A stretch of DNA of 43,000 nt from positions 1 to 43,000 of the forward strand of contig JBJMJL010000030.1 of the NCBI GenBank assembly GCA_045806365.1, in the 5' to 3' direction. Both the position numbers and the translations under genes were made by a program. Within the stretch, counting starts at the first letter, position 1. Each line of letters begins with the position of its first letter. The notes under the pieces were generated by a model. The model made no database searches and had not been told where the DNA came from. It worked only from the letters and a program-made list of their open reading frames with translations. This document shows positions 42,121 through 43,000 of this stretch, piece by piece. The stretch comes from Gaiellaceae bacterium. Its GTDB lineage: Bacteria; Actinomycetota; Thermoleophilia; Gaiellales; Gaiellaceae.

Positions 42121-43000
42121 TCAGCGCAAGTCCTTGTTCGACTCCATGTCGAACCACATCGCAAAGAGGGTGAACTGCGAGCCGAAGATGAGGAGCAGCG
42201 CGACGAGCACGACCGTCCCGACGGAAACGGCGTTACCCATGATCCGCAGAACCACCTCGGCGACGCCGAGCCCGAAGCCGAGCAGCGTCATCACGAACCC
42301 GAGCACGTAGAAAAACACGAGCGGATGGAAGTCACGGATGACGTACTTCTCGCGCATCCGCCAGAAGAAGCCCTTCACCAAGAGCCACGAGATGCTCGGC
42401 ACGACCTTCCGGATCTTGATGCCCGACTTCTCGCCCACGCCGTACACCGGCCGCGACGGGACGTCGCGCACGCGCGCGTTCCATACGTTCAGGTGCACGA
42501 GCATGTCGTTCGGAAAGCCGTAGCGCGGATAGATGCGGTCGAGATCGAGTTGCGCGAGGATCTCTCGGCTCGCCGCCGTGTACCCGGCCTGCGAGTCGGC
42601 GACGTGCCAGTAGCCCGACGCGACCTTCGTCAGCAGCGACAGCACCGCGTTCCCGAGGTAGCGCGAGCGCGGGATCACCTTCCAGGCCTCGCCCGTGATC
42701 AGGCGGTTCGCTTTCGCGTACTCGACCTCGCCGCGCACGACCGGCAGCGCGATCTTCTCGAGGTCAGCAGGATCCATCTGGTTGTCCCCCGCCATCACGC
42801 ACGTGACGTCGACGGCTTCGGCGACCGCGCGCTTGTAGCCGGTGACGATCGCGGCGACGACACCGGCGTTGCGCTCGTGAGCGAGCACCTCGACGCGACC
42901 GTCGCCAGTGGCGCGCGCAGCCGCCGCTGTGCCGTCGCGCGAAGCGTCGTCGACGACGAAGATGCGGTCGACGAACTCGGGCACGCCCTGGATCGTCGTC
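42121..43000 (-). CDS. GT2 glycosyltransferase with C-terminal TM helices (GtrB/Dpm1-like); 5' end outside window
   Basis: 'RIFVVDDASRDGT', 'VMAGDNQMDP' and 'DSQAGYTA', plus two C-terminal hydrophobic helices. The frame stays open to base 43000 (..TTIQGVPEF..), and the usual N-terminal 'PAYNE' strand is missing. Confidence 0.8.
   Translation of the reverse strand, partial: TTIQGVPEFVDRIFVVDDASRDGTAAAARATGDGRVEVLAHERNAGVVAAIVTGYKRAVAEAVDVTCVMAGDNQMDPADLEKIALPVVRGEVEYAKANRLITGEAWKVIPRSRYLGNAVLSLLTKVASGYWHVADSQAGYTAASREILAQLDLDRIYPRYGFPNDMLVHLNVWNARVRDVPSRPVYGVGEKSGIKIRKVVPSISWLLVKGFFWRMREKYVIRDFHPLVFFYVLGFVMTLLGFGLGVAEVVLRIMGNAVSVGTVVLVALLLIFGSQFTLFAMWFDMESNKDLR

Noticed and set aside
1-43000. 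Search for CRISPR repeats, tRNA/rRNA genes, IS elements, integrases, toxin-antitoxin pairs or phage genes
   Set aside because: I found no direct-repeat/spacer periodicity and no cloverleaf-like segments; the non-coding space totals only a few hundred bp. There are no transposase or recombinase motifs in any frame. The only repeats seen are those arising from gene paralogy.

Overview
The window is very GC-rich by eye (about 70%, with third codon positions almost always G/C). It is gene-dense and consists of a single cell-envelope glycan biosynthesis locus. I see no rRNA, tRNA, CRISPR array, transposase or integrase. I call 39 CDS, partial at both window edges, and together they carry about 20 glycosyltransferase domains.

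**Glycosyltransferases and initiation**
- 11 GT4-type GT-B enzymes or domains, one CgeB-like GT-B and three GT2 enzymes.
- Five GT-C-like polytopic membrane proteins. One of these is fused to a cytoplasmic GT4 domain.
- A WbaP/WcaJ-type polyprenyl-phosphate sugar-1-phosphate transferase as the likely initiating enzyme.

**Export, polymerisation and sugar supply**
- Two MOP flippases (one MurJ-like, one Wzx-like) and a Wzy/O-antigen-ligase-family protein.
- Nucleotide-sugar enzymes: a GMD-like 4,6-dehydratase, GDP-L-fucose synthase, UDP-glucuronate decarboxylase and a WbpP-like epimerase.

**Tailoring and processing**
- Four SAM methyltransferases, two CE4 deacetylases, a GNAT and an AsnB-like amidotransferase.
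- Two secreted enzymes: a phosphodiester glycosidase and a clan GH-A hydrolase.

**Organisation**
- 16 gene junctions are 4-nt start/stop overlaps (GTGA, ATGA or TTGA).
- Several divergent gene pairs have start codons that overlap or lie 6-52 bp apart. TANNNT boxes sit 6-8 nt upstream of many of these starts, which suggests leaderless transcripts.

All family assignments come from motifs read in the translations; no searches were run. The taxonomic guess (Actinomycetota, possibly Thermoleophilia-like) is inference only.
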